Below the pieces are notes generated by a model. The model searched no databases. It was not told the origin of the DNA and worked only from the letters and a program-made list of their open reading frames with translations. Position numbers and translations under genes: made by a program. DNA of 64,000 nucleotides from Patescibacteria group bacterium (GTDB lineage Bacteria > Patescibacteriota > Patescibacteriia > Patescibacteriales > UBA12465), in the NCBI GenBank assembly GCA_041651355.1, contig JBAZJK010000001.1, positions 485,883 through 549,882 of the forward strand, read 5' to 3'. Each line of letters starts with the position of its first letter. Position 1 is the first letter of the stretch. Below are positions 15,845-25,024 of the stretch, one piece after another.

Positions 15845-16852
15845 TTATTTCTTGGCCCAATAGCGACCTAGCTCTACCAGACGATTGGCATAACCCCATT
15901 CATTGTCATACCAGGAAATTACTTTCAGCAGGTCTCCGCCAATGACTTTAGTAGATAAAAGGTCGACAATAGCGCTATGAGGATTGCCGATGATGTCGGT
16001 CGATACCAGCTCTTCCTTAGAAGCCTCAATGAATCCTTTAAAACGCCCCTGGGCGGCCTTGGTCAGGACTTTGTTAACAGCCTCAGCGCTAGTTTTTTTA
16101 TTTAAAAGATAGACTGTGTCGCATAAAGAGCCGACCGGGCTAGGGACGCGGATCGCTAGGCCGTCAAATTTGCCTTTAAGAGCGGGGATCGTCTCGGAAG
16201 CGGCCAGGGCGGCGCCGGTGGTAGTCGGCACGATATTAAGAGCCGCGGCTCGAGCGCGGCGCCAATCCTTATGCGGTCCGTCGACTAGATTCTGGTCAGC
16301 GGTATAAGAATGGATAGTGGTCATAAGAGAACGTTTGATTCCGAAAGCCGATTTTATCACTGCCGTCACCGGTGCCAAACAGTTGGTGGTGCAGGAAGCG
16401 CAGGACAAGAATTGATCGTGCTTGGAAATCTTGTTTTCATTAACACCTAAGACGATGGTCTTAACCCCTCCTTTCTTGGCTGGGGCGGATAACAGAACCT
16501 TCTTAGCTCCGGCTTTCAGATGCAAGCCTAAACCGTCAGCATCAGTAAATTTGCCGGTGCACTCTAACACTAAATCGACGCCTAAATCTTGCCAGGGCAA
16601 TTGGCTAGGATCTTTGACTGCCAAAACTGGAATCTTTTGATCGCCGACTATCAAGTGGCTCTTATCAGCCCTAACTTTGCGGTCATAGCGGCCATAGCAA
16701 GAATCATATTGAAGAAGATGGGTTAAAATCGCCGCTTCACTTAAATCATTGATTGCAACGATACGAAGGTCGGGAAAACGATCGATAATAATCTTAAAAG
16801 CGGCCCGACCGATACGGCCGAATCCGTTGATCGCCAAATTAATCTTAGGCAT
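15845..16852 (-). CDS. gap: type I glyceraldehyde-3-phosphate dehydrogenase
   Basis: INGFGRIGR, catalytic SCASCTTNCLAP, and WYDNEWGY. The stop codon is 1 nt from the NuoF-like start. Confidence 0.9.
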   Translation of the reverse strand: MPKINLAINGFGRIGRAAFKIIIDRFPDLRIVAINDLSEAAILTHLLQYDSCYGRYDRKVRADKSHLIVGDQKIPVLAVKDPSQLPWQDLGVDLVLECTGKFTDADGLGLHLKAGAKKVLLSAPAKKGGVKTIVLGVNENKISKHDQFLSCASCTTNCLAPVTAVIKSAFGIKRSLMTTIHSYTADQNLVDGPHKDWRRARAAALNIVPTTTGAALAASETIPALKGKFDGLAIRVPSPVGSLCDTVYLLNKKTSAEAVNKVLTKAAQGRFKGFIEASKEELVSTDIIGNPHSAIVDLLSTKVIGGDLLKVISWYDNEWGYANRLVELGRYWAKK

Positions 16853-16913
16853 AGAAAATATTAAATTAAATAAATCTTTTTCTTACTAATAATTATAACA
16901 TATTCCTAGTATA

Positions 16914-16937
16914 GAAAAAACCCCTAAAAAAGGGGTT
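16914..16937 (-). terminator. rho-independent terminator after gene 16968..17318
   Basis: Minus strand: AACCCCT-TTTTT-AGGGGTT followed by a T-run. Confidence 0.6.
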
Positions 16938-16967
16938 GGGGGAGAGACAAAGATCTGGGATCATTTT

Positions 16968-17318
16968 TTAATTATTAATGATCTGTTTTAATACGGGCCA
17001 GGGATCGCGATGGACGAAGAAATCGTAGTGCAGTCCTATTTTGAGCCGAAAGCTCTGATCAACAATTCCGCGCTCACAAGAAGAAAGCATAATAATCTTC
17101 AATGCCGGCTTATTAAAGCGCAAATCGGCCAGCCAGACGGCTAAGTGCTTAGGAGGAAAACGATACGGATCAATGATCATGAAATCGTAAGCGCCCTCTT
17201 CTACCTGATCACCTGCCTGTTGTAAACTAAAAACTTGTTGGGCCTTGCAATTACAAAGGTTTTCAATTGGCACTGTCAAAGAACAGTTCAGAGGGTCAAC
17301 CAGCAAAACTCGTTTCAT
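16968..17318 (-). CDS. hypothetical protein, possible degenerate receiver (REC)-like domain
   Basis: The pattern KRVLLVD...YDFMIID...KIIMLSS resembles beta1/beta3/beta4 of CheY-like receivers. The conserved Lys motif is not evident. Confidence 0.4.
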   Translation of the reverse strand: MKRVLLVDPLNCSLTVPIENLCNCKAQQVFSLQQAGDQVEEGAYDFMIIDPYRFPPKHLAVWLADLRFNKPALKIIMLSSCERGIVDQSFRLKIGLHYDFFVHRDPWPVLKQIINN

Positions 17319-17348
17319 GTTATAGTGTTTTAGTAAATGGTTAAGGAA

Positions 17349-18164
17349 CTATTTATTTTTATTATTCTTATTATGACGATTAAGGTCAACTTCTACTACT
17401 AGGTTTCTCTCTCCCTCCTTATCCGGAGGAAATTCAACATTGACCGACTGTTTCAGGATATGATGGCTGACAACAATACCTCTTTTGCCATCAACGTTCA
17501 CTCTAGTACCTAGAGGGGGTAATTTACCAGCCATGTCTTTATAGCCTTCATATTCATAGGACAAACAACACATCAAGCGGCCGCACATGCCGGAAATACG
17601 CTCGCTGCCCCGGTGGACGACTTGCTGGGCTTCAGCCATTTCAGAAGTAATGGAAAAGAAATCTTTAAGAAAGGTTCGACAGCAGAGATGGCCGCCGCAG
17701 GGGCCGCAATCGCCCGAAGCACGAGCTTCATCTCTGATACCTATCTGGTTTAAGCGGATGTTACAAGCGAAGTGGGCGGTTAGGTCCTTAACTAAATCAC
17801 GAAAATCGACTCGACCGTCAGAAATGAAAGCAAAAGTAATCCGGCCGCCAGAATAGGCGAAGTGGACATCGACTAGCTTCATATCCAGATGCAGACGCTC
17901 CGCTACCTGCTTGCAATAGGCTAAGGCTTCGGCTTTTCTTGCTTCATCAGGCAGATTGGCAACATCATCATAATTAGCTAGGCGTAAAATCGGCTTCAGT
18001 TCCCGCTCGCCGCTCGCTGGCTTCAGTCCAACCACTCTGCCCAACTCTAAACCTAGGTCGGTTTCAACCATCACTATCGAACCGACACTGATATTTAAAT
18101 CGCTGGGTTTAGAAAAATTATAAACCTTGTCCCAGCTGGCAAATTGAACTTGCACGCTAGACAT
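17349..18164 (-). CDS. ricT: PSP1 domain protein (RicT/YaaT-like)
   Basis: Cys-rich PSP1 C-terminal motifs CGPCGGHLCCRTFLKDF and GMCGRLMCCLSYE. Confidence 0.8.
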   Translation of the reverse strand: MSSVQVQFASWDKVYNFSKPSDLNISVGSIVMVETDLGLELGRVVGLKPASGERELKPILRLANYDDVANLPDEARKAEALAYCKQVAERLHLDMKLVDVHFAYSGGRITFAFISDGRVDFRDLVKDLTAHFACNIRLNQIGIRDEARASGDCGPCGGHLCCRTFLKDFFSITSEMAEAQQVVHRGSERISGMCGRLMCCLSYEYEGYKDMAGKLPPLGTRVNVDGKRGIVVSHHILKQSVNVEFPPDKEGERNLVVEVDLNRHNKNNKNK

Positions 18165-18208
18165 AATATATAAACTTCACCCCGGATAAAGCCGGGGCAA
18201 AGATAGCG

Positions 18209-19003
18209 TTAAAGATTATAACGGATAAATTGGGAAATACCGGCTCCAGCCAAGATATCTTTGATCTTAAGTTTGTCATCCTTAATAAATTCCTGCTCAA
18301 AGAGGCAGACTTCAGTGTAATACTTGGCAACCTTACCTTCGACAATCTTGTCAACCATAGCTTCAGGTTTTCCTTCTTTTAAAAGCTGTTCGCGATAGAT
18401 TTCTTTTTCTTTATTTAATTCCTCGCTAGGCACCTCCTCAGGTTTGATATATTTAGGATTAGTAGCGGCTATCTGCATTGCCACCTCTTGAGCCAATTCG
18501 GCCTTGCCGGCTTGATCCAATGCAACTAAAACTCCAATACGCCCTCCCAAATGAGAGTAAGCGGCCACACTAGCGCCGGAAATGACAGCTATCCGCTTCA
18601 AAATCATCTTTTCCCCGATTGTTCCGCTCAGGTTATCTAAATTCTCTTGAACCGTACCTTGAGCCATGTTTAAAGCCAAAAGAGCCTCCAAGCTAGCTGG
18701 TTTCTGAGTCTTGATAATTGATAAGACTTCATCGGCAAAAGTTTGGAATTTTTCGTTTCTGGCTACGAAATCGGTCTCTGAATCTAATTCTAAAATATAG
18801 CCCTCGTCGCCAGCCTCATTAACAGCAACCTTGATTACGCCTTCGTTGGTTTCACGATCAGTACGCTTGGCGGCCTTAGCAATTCCCTTCTTGCGTAAGA
18901 CTTCGATTGCCTTATCTAAGTCGCCTCCGGTCTCATCCAAGGCTTTTTTACAATCAACCATGCCAGCTCCGGTTATTTCCCGCAGCTTTTTTATTTGTTC
19001 CAT
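18209..19003 (-). CDS. tsf: elongation factor Ts
   Basis: UBA-like N-terminus IKKLREITGAGMVDCKKALDETGGDLDKAIEVLRKKG. Located downstream of rpsB. Confidence 0.9.
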   Translation of the reverse strand: MEQIKKLREITGAGMVDCKKALDETGGDLDKAIEVLRKKGIAKAAKRTDRETNEGVIKVAVNEAGDEGYILELDSETDFVARNEKFQTFADEVLSIIKTQKPASLEALLALNMAQGTVQENLDNLSGTIGEKMILKRIAVISGASVAAYSHLGGRIGVLVALDQAGKAELAQEVAMQIAATNPKYIKPEEVPSEELNKEKEIYREQLLKEGKPEAMVDKIVEGKVAKYYTEVCLFEQEFIKDDKLKIKDILAGAGISQFIRYNL

Positions 19004-19024
19004 ATGATTTAAAAGATTGAGATA

Positions 19025-19717
19025 TTATTTAAGCTCTTTTTTCGCTTCGACGATAGCCGCTTTGACTGCGTCTAAAATCAAGGCGATCGTCTTAGTAGCA
19101 TCATCATTAGCCGGAATCGGATAAGTTACCATTTCCGGATTGACGTTAGTATCACAGATACCGATGATCGGGATATTCTTTTTCCTAGCCTCGGCTACAG
19201 CTGTAGCTTCTTCTTTGATATCCCAGACAAATAGGGCGTCAGGTAATTTATTGAGATTGACCAAGCCGCCAACCCTGAGTTCTAATTTTTTTATCTCTCT
19301 ATCGAAATCTAACTGTTCTTTCTTGGTATATTTATCCAGCTTGCCAGCGGCTTTCTTCTCTACTAAATCAGTATATTTTTTAATCGAACGCTTAACGATG
19401 CTGAAGTTAGTCAGGTAACCGCCTAACCACTTGCCGACGATATAAGGCTGTCCGGTTTCTTCAGCCATCTTCTTTAAAGGGGCCTTAACTTGAGGCTTAG
19501 TGCCAACGAATAGAATGCTCTTGCCTTCGCCTAACAACTGTTTGATGAAATCCAAAGCTTCCTGGAGCTTTTCCAGGGTTTTGTTCAAATCCAAGATATA
19601 AATGCCATTCTTAGAAGTGAAAATAAAAGGCTTCATCTTAGGATGCCAGCGGTTAGTCCGATGGCCGAAATGAGCGCCAGCCTTGAGTAACTCTTCGATT
19701 TTTGGTAATTTTGACAT
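19025..19717 (-). CDS. rpsB: 30S ribosomal protein uS2
   Basis: LLKAGAHFGHRTNRWHPKMKPFIF. Start set at ATG 19717 (MSKLPK...). Confidence 0.9.
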   Translation of the reverse strand: MSKLPKIEELLKAGAHFGHRTNRWHPKMKPFIFTSKNGIYILDLNKTLEKLQEALDFIKQLLGEGKSILFVGTKPQVKAPLKKMAEETGQPYIVGKWLGGYLTNFSIVKRSIKKYTDLVEKKAAGKLDKYTKKEQLDFDREIKKLELRVGGLVNLNKLPDALFVWDIKEEATAVAEARKKNIPIIGICDTNVNPEMVTYPIPANDDATKTIALILDAVKAAIVEAKKELK

Positions 19718-19736
19718 ATTTTTCTTTTTTACGTCT

Positions 19737-19774
19737 GTCTTCTCTGCCCTCAATGGGCAAGAAAAATGGAAGAC
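19737..19774 (-). promoter_or_regulatory. structured element in the rpsB-tsf 5' leader
   Basis: Outer stem GTCTTC (19737-19742) / GAAGAC (19769-19774) encloses the inner stem CTGCCC / GGGCA(A)G. Confidence 0.3.
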
Positions 19775-19874
19775 ATGATAATTAATTATTACAAAATAGA
19801 GGCCGAACCTCTACTCTGATAAGATAAAGGAAATTCTAAATTGTGTCAATATCAGGCTTTAAATAAGCTAAATC

Positions 19875-20546
19875 TTAGTCTAAAAGGGTGATAAATAAGT
19901 CTTCTTTAGGGGCTTGGCGTAAATGGCTAGCGCTATTTATTGAATCGATCTTAATAAAACCGTCCCGATCGATAGCCAGTTTAGAAACCGAAGCCTGATA
20001 AATCTCTAAAGACAGGAAGCCGATCACGTCGGCATTCAGTATTCCAGTTAAAACAGTTTTGATGAAGTTACCATGGGTAAACAGGGCCACGCTTTGACCT
20101 TTATGGTGCCGATAGATATCGGCGATACAACGTCTGGCTTTAGACTGCATGCGATCTAGGCGGCGATTCAATAAGTCATGATGTTTAAGTTTCTTATTGC
20201 GCGTCTTCTCAGACATATTGAAATAAGGGACGCGGTGCCAATCAAGCCAATCGATCTCGTTCAGGCGCTCATCGATATCTACCTTCTTATTAGCTAAGAC
20301 GGAAAAGACTTGGGCGGTTTCCTTGGCGCGGAGCAATTCGCTCGCGTAAATTTTATCAATCCCCTCGCCCAATAGACGCTTGGCCAATAATTTACTCTGG
20401 CTGATACCAAATTTAGACAAAGGAATGTTATGCTCGCCCAAATCTTTCTCTTGGCTATAATCAGGGTTGCCGTGACGGATAAGATAGATAAAGGTATAAG
20501 GCTTCCGAGTCTTGGGTTTTAATTTTATATAGGGATTCTTGTACAT
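19875..20546 (-). CDS. histidine phosphatase family protein (phosphoglycerate-mutase-like)
   Basis: RHG motif (IYLIRHGNPDYS) and a second catalytic His (LFTHGNFIK). Start moved to ATG 20546 to remove the overlap with the SOD gene. Confidence 0.75.
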   Translation of the reverse strand: MYKNPYIKLKPKTRKPYTFIYLIRHGNPDYSQEKDLGEHNIPLSKFGISQSKLLAKRLLGEGIDKIYASELLRAKETAQVFSVLANKKVDIDERLNEIDWLDWHRVPYFNMSEKTRNKKLKHHDLLNRRLDRMQSKARRCIADIYRHHKGQSVALFTHGNFIKTVLTGILNADVIGFLSLEIYQASVSKLAIDRDGFIKIDSINSASHLRQAPKEDLFITLLD

Positions 20547-20550
20547 AAAA

Positions 20551-21135
20551 CTAAGACAAATTGCTTTGAGCAAAATCCCAATTGAGAAGATGGCGCATCA
20601 AAGCTTCAAGGTAATCAGGCCGGCGATTCTGATAGTCTAGATAATAAGCATGTTCCCAAACGTCAACCACTAATAAGGGCTTAGAAGTTTTAAGATCAGG
20701 CAGATTAGCATTAGCGGTTTTAACGATCTCTAAAACCGTCCCGGTCTTGACTAGCCAGGCCCAGCCGCTGCCGAATTGGGAAGCGGCCGCCGCTTTAAAT
20801 TCCGTATAAAAATTTTCCAGGGAACCAAAACTAGACTCTACCAAAGCTAGAAGCTCATCCGAAATCTTGGTATCCGGCTTCAAGCTTTGCCAAAAGAAAG
20901 CATGATTATAGCTCTGGGCCGCATTATTGAAAATAGCCAACTTATCCGGCTGTCCTGAAGTCGCGGCTATGACCTCTTCTAGGCTTTTGTTTTCTAGGTC
21001 GGTTCCAGCCACCAACTTATTAAGATTATCTATATAAGCTTGGTGGTGCTTGCCATAATGAAACTCTAGAGTCCGAGCAGAAATGTGGGGCGCCAAAGCT
21101 TCAGGCGCAAATGGTAAACTAGGTAAAGTAAACAT
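20551..21135 (-). CDS. Fe/Mn superoxide dismutase
   Basis: LPSLPFAPEALAPHISARTLEFHYGKHHQAY and DVWEHAYYLDYQNRRPDY. Confidence 0.9.
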   Translation of the reverse strand: MFTLPSLPFAPEALAPHISARTLEFHYGKHHQAYIDNLNKLVAGTDLENKSLEEVIAATSGQPDKLAIFNNAAQSYNHAFFWQSLKPDTKISDELLALVESSFGSLENFYTEFKAAAASQFGSGWAWLVKTGTVLEIVKTANANLPDLKTSKPLLVVDVWEHAYYLDYQNRRPDYLEALMRHLLNWDFAQSNLS

Positions 21136-21203
21136 AAGATTAAAATTAATTAATTATCTTTTAAAGTATAGCAAAGGCCGGTCTTTATCGCCAGCCTCTC
21201 AAT

Positions 21204-21794
21204 CTAAAGCCCCAGGGACCAAGCTTTTAATTGACGCCTTAAGGTCAAATAATTTACTTGGGTTTGGGCTACTAAAGACCAAAAACGCTCGGAATGATTG
21301 AATTCCTTAAGGTGGCAAAGTTCATGGACGATGATATAGTCACGCAAAGCCTCAGGCAGATCCAGAAGCCGGACATTGAAATTAAGATTAGCGCGACGTG
21401 AACAGCTGCCCCAGCGAGTCGCCTGATTCCTAACCGTCACTTTTTGGTATTTAAAGTTATAGAAGGAATTGAAATAAGCCAAACGGGCATTGATGAGGGC
21501 GTGGGCTTCCAGCCGCTTCGCTTGATATGACTTCTGATCAAGCGCCGCCTCCTGGAAACGGGCGGGTTTAGATTCAAGATGCCTGATGACCCAATCCGCT
21601 TTGGATAAGATGAATCTTTCCGCTAACTCCAGGCTGACTCGTTTGGGTTTGGTCACCAGTAAATACTGGCCCGGATAAACCGTCAGTCGGAGGCGTCGGG
21701 CACGTCCACTTTCCCTTAAAATATAGGGTAAAGACCGGCCTTTGATTACTAAACTCCGATGCGACGCTATCTTTTGCTTCTCTAGAACACGCAT
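21204..21794 (-). CDS. YgjP-like (DUF45) zinc metallopeptidase-fold protein
   Basis: YIIVHELCHLKEFNHSERFW (HExxH...H). Confidence 0.8.
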   Translation of the reverse strand: MRVLEKQKIASHRSLVIKGRSLPYILRESGRARRLRLTVYPGQYLLVTKPKRVSLELAERFILSKADWVIRHLESKPARFQEAALDQKSYQAKRLEAHALINARLAYFNSFYNFKYQKVTVRNQATRWGSCSRRANLNFNVRLLDLPEALRDYIIVHELCHLKEFNHSERFWSLVAQTQVNYLTLRRQLKAWSLGL

Positions 21795-21795
21795 C

Positions 21796-22788
21796 TTATT
21801 TCTTGCCGGCTAACTGGCCGCAAGCGGCTGATATCTCCTGGCCTAGACTGCGACGTACGGTGACATTAACCTTATTCTTAACCAGGACAGCTTTAAATTT
21901 GTTAACCCGGTCAAGACTAGGAGCCTGGAAGACTCCCGTGGGATTATAGACGACCAGATTAACCATATACAAGGGTTTCTTCATCATTTGTGAAAGCGAT
22001 TCGGCGTCGGCTTCGGAATCATTGATATCTTTTATCAATAAATACTCAAACATGACTTTACGGCCAGTAAGAGAAATATAGTTGTCCACGGCAGGTAACA
22101 GCTGGCGCAGAGGATAGCGGCGATTGGCCGGCATCAAACGGGAACGCAAATCATCGTTGGTCGCATGCAAAGAAATAGCTAGATTCAGCTGCAGAGGTTC
22201 ATGAGACAGCTTTTTAATGCCTTCGATCACGCCGACGCTAGAGATAGAAATCTTCCGCGCCCCGATATTCAAAGAATCTTGGCTGTTTAAAAATTTGATG
22301 GCCTTCAAGACATTATCATAATTCAAAAATGGCTCACCCATACCCATAAAAACCAAATTATCAACTGTTTCCTGTTTAGCCTTGAGATAGCGAGCCCAAA
22401 AAATAACCTGCTCGACTATTTCGCCATCTTCCAGATTGCGCTTAAATCCATTTTGTCCGGTGGCACAAAAACGGCAAGCCAAGGGACAGCCGACTTGAGA
22501 CGACACACAGACCGTATAACGGTCATTGAGTTTCATGAGGACGGTTTCTATCTTATTTCCGTCCTCTAGGGTGATAAGAGCTTTCAGGCTGCCCTGGCGC
22601 CAAGACCCCGTAAGTTCAGCTGGTATGTCTAAGCTAACCTCAGACTGCAAACGGTCTTTCAGGTCTTTAGGCAGGTTGCTAACCTGGGACCAATCGCTGA
22701 TTAATTCCTTAAATACGGCCCGTTCAACTTGGCGATAACGGAAAGCCGGAGCACCATCTAAGATTTTTTTTATCTGATTTAAATCCAT
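21796..22788 (-). CDS. rlmN: 23S rRNA/tRNA adenine-C2 methyltransferase RlmN (radical SAM)
   Basis: VSSQVGCPLACRFCATG, GMGEPFLNYDNV, and a C-terminal catalytic Cys (AACGQL). Confidence 0.9.
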   Translation of the reverse strand: MDLNQIKKILDGAPAFRYRQVERAVFKELISDWSQVSNLPKDLKDRLQSEVSLDIPAELTGSWRQGSLKALITLEDGNKIETVLMKLNDRYTVCVSSQVGCPLACRFCATGQNGFKRNLEDGEIVEQVIFWARYLKAKQETVDNLVFMGMGEPFLNYDNVLKAIKFLNSQDSLNIGARKISISSVGVIEGIKKLSHEPLQLNLAISLHATNDDLRSRLMPANRRYPLRQLLPAVDNYISLTGRKVMFEYLLIKDINDSEADAESLSQMMKKPLYMVNLVVYNPTGVFQAPSLDRVNKFKAVLVKNKVNVTVRRSLGQEISAACGQLAGKK

Positions 22789-22792
22789 AAAA

Positions 22793-23929
22793 TTATTTTT
22801 TTTCCAAACGGATCGCGACGATCTCAGAGCGGCTGGTATTCCTTAAAGGCGGTCCCCAGGTGCCCAAGCCACAGGAAACATAAAGGGAAAAATCATGATC
22901 CTGATATAGGCCATAATTATAACCTTTATAGACCCATTTAGCGATGAAATTCAAAGGCCACATCTGACCGTTATGAGTATGACCGGCTAGCATCAAGTCG
23001 ATCCCGGCGGCCTTGGCTTGGGCGATCCTTTTCGGCTCGTGCCACAAGAGGACGCTCGGCATCTTAGCATCATAGCCGACCCGGCTCAAAATTATCTTTT
23101 CTAAACTGAGGGAATCTTGCTTGAAATAATTGATACCGATAAATTGCAAGCCTTTCCTCACGATCCTTTCATTATTCAAGACCCTGATATCGCTTTCCCG
23201 GAAGATCTCAAACACATTTTTTAGGCCTAGATAAAGGTCGTGATTCCCGATAGCATAGTAGACGCCTTGAGGCGCGCTTAATCTCTTAAAAGGTTCATGG
23301 AGCCAAAAGAAATCCGCTTCCATGCCGTCAAACAAGTCTCCGCCGATCAGAACGACGCTAGGATTAAGCTGATTGATGCGGTCGATCGCCCGGTTCAGGA
23401 ATCTTTGGCGATAAACCGGACCGATATGCACATCGGAAATCAAAACCAGAGTCTTATTCTCCCAATAATCAGGCAGGTCCTTGATTTTAACCGCCAAGCG
23501 CCTGATCTTAGGATAGAAGGCATAGGCTATATTAAGAATGGTGAATAAGGTCGATAAAATTAGAAGCAGCCAGGCATAATGAGAGGCATCAAAAAAATGA
23601 TTCTGGAAACGCCAGACCAACTTCAAAGCAGCCAACGGCGTGATAAACAGGAGGAAATTGAAGAACCAGCCAATCCAGACCATGGAAAATATATAATACC
23701 AACGTATAAGTAAATGATCCTTTTTATGGATTAAGAAAGAAGATAAAACAATATTGGCCGGCATGGCCATTAGGAACCACTTCAAGCCATGAATAGCCCA
23801 AAGATCCAAATGAAAAATATAGACCGCTAAAGCAAAAACCACGACATGCCCTAAAGACATAATGATAAAACTCAACAAAAAAGCTAAGATTATCAAATGA
23901 GTATTTTTTTGGAATGATTTAACTTTCAT
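22793..23929 (-). CDS. membrane-anchored metallophosphoesterase (YkuE-like)
   Basis: N-terminal TM helices, then ISDVHIG, GGDLFDG, GNHD and GHTHNGQ. Confidence 0.8.
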   Translation of the reverse strand: MKVKSFQKNTHLIILAFLLSFIIMSLGHVVVFALAVYIFHLDLWAIHGLKWFLMAMPANIVLSSFLIHKKDHLLIRWYYIFSMVWIGWFFNFLLFITPLAALKLVWRFQNHFFDASHYAWLLLILSTLFTILNIAYAFYPKIRRLAVKIKDLPDYWENKTLVLISDVHIGPVYRQRFLNRAIDRINQLNPSVVLIGGDLFDGMEADFFWLHEPFKRLSAPQGVYYAIGNHDLYLGLKNVFEIFRESDIRVLNNERIVRKGLQFIGINYFKQDSLSLEKIILSRVGYDAKMPSVLLWHEPKRIAQAKAAGIDLMLAGHTHNGQMWPLNFIAKWVYKGYNYGLYQDHDFSLYVSCGLGTWGPPLRNTSRSEIVAIRLEKK

Positions 23930-23940
23930 AAAGACACAAC

Positions 23941-25017
23941 TTAAGCTTTGAAGCTTTTCATTAAGTCCTGATAGAATTCTAGGTTATGGAGGGCGGCCAA
24001 TCTTTGCCCCAGAGGATCATTCAACTTGAAAAGATGATGAAGATACGCCCGGGAATATTCTCTTAACTCCGGGAGCTTGCTCTTAGGATTAATGGCTTTA
24101 AAATCAAGCGCGAACCTAGCGTTATTTATATTTAAATTCTGGCGCGGTAAAAAGAGGCGTCCATGCCTACCCTCCCTCGTCGGAATGACGCAATCGAACA
24201 TATCCCAACCTAAACGGATGCAGCGCTTAATGTCGCTGGGCGTCCCGACGCCTAAAGCAAAGCGCAACTTGTCGGGCGGAATAAATTCAGCTGTCCGACG
24301 CAAGACATTTTCCAAGAATCTGCCTTGGCTATCAACCGGTCTAGCACCGAAACCATAACCGTCAAAACCGATCTTGACCAGTTCGCGAGCGCACTCCTCT
24401 CTTAGATCTAATTCTGCCCCGCCCTGAATGACTGCAAACAGAAGAGGGCGCTGGCGCCCGCTCAAAGATCTCTTCTTGAGTTGGCGTTCATACTCCTGTT
24501 TACAGCGCTTAGCCCAGGCAATCGTGCGTTTGACTGCTTTGGCCAAATCTTGCCGGCTAAAGTCATTAGGCGGACAATCATCCAAACAAACCATCATATC
24601 AACTCCTAGATCAAACTGGATTTGGATGGATTTTTCCGGACTCAATTCGTGATAAGAGCCGTCCAAGGGGGAACGGAAGACGACCTGTTCATCATTAATC
24701 TTACCCAGCTTCTTATTCTTATGGATCAAAGAAAAAACCTGGTAACCGCCGCTATCCGACAGGAGCGGACCGGGCCAATTCATGAATTCATGTAAGCCGC
24801 CCGCGGCTTTTATAGTCTTTAATCCTGGTTGCAAATACAAATGGAAAGTATTAACCACTAAAGCTGGAACCTGGATAGATTCAAGCTCTTGCTTAGAGAT
24901 CAGTTTAACTAAAGCCCGAGTCGCGTCCGGCATAAAGAAAGGGGTTGTTAAAACCCCGTGTCTGGTTCTTAATTTGAGAGCTGGCCGCCGCAGCTGGCCG
25001 TTTTTTGTTTTGGTCAT
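23941..25017 (-). CDS. tgt: tRNA-guanine transglycosylase (queuine tRNA-ribosyltransferase) lacking the zinc-site cysteines
   Basis: TRHGVLTTPFFMPDAT, LSDSGGYQVFSL, GVGTP, DMFDCVIPTREGRHG and YSRAYLHHL. The CxCxxC segment is replaced by SKLPEL. Confidence 0.85.
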   Translation of the reverse strand: MTKTKNGQLRRPALKLRTRHGVLTTPFFMPDATRALVKLISKQELESIQVPALVVNTFHLYLQPGLKTIKAAGGLHEFMNWPGPLLSDSGGYQVFSLIHKNKKLGKINDEQVVFRSPLDGSYHELSPEKSIQIQFDLGVDMMVCLDDCPPNDFSRQDLAKAVKRTIAWAKRCKQEYERQLKKRSLSGRQRPLLFAVIQGGAELDLREECARELVKIGFDGYGFGARPVDSQGRFLENVLRRTAEFIPPDKLRFALGVGTPSDIKRCIRLGWDMFDCVIPTREGRHGRLFLPRQNLNINNARFALDFKAINPKSKLPELREYSRAYLHHLFKLNDPLGQRLAALHNLEFYQDLMKSFKA

Positions 25018-25024
25018 GAAAATA

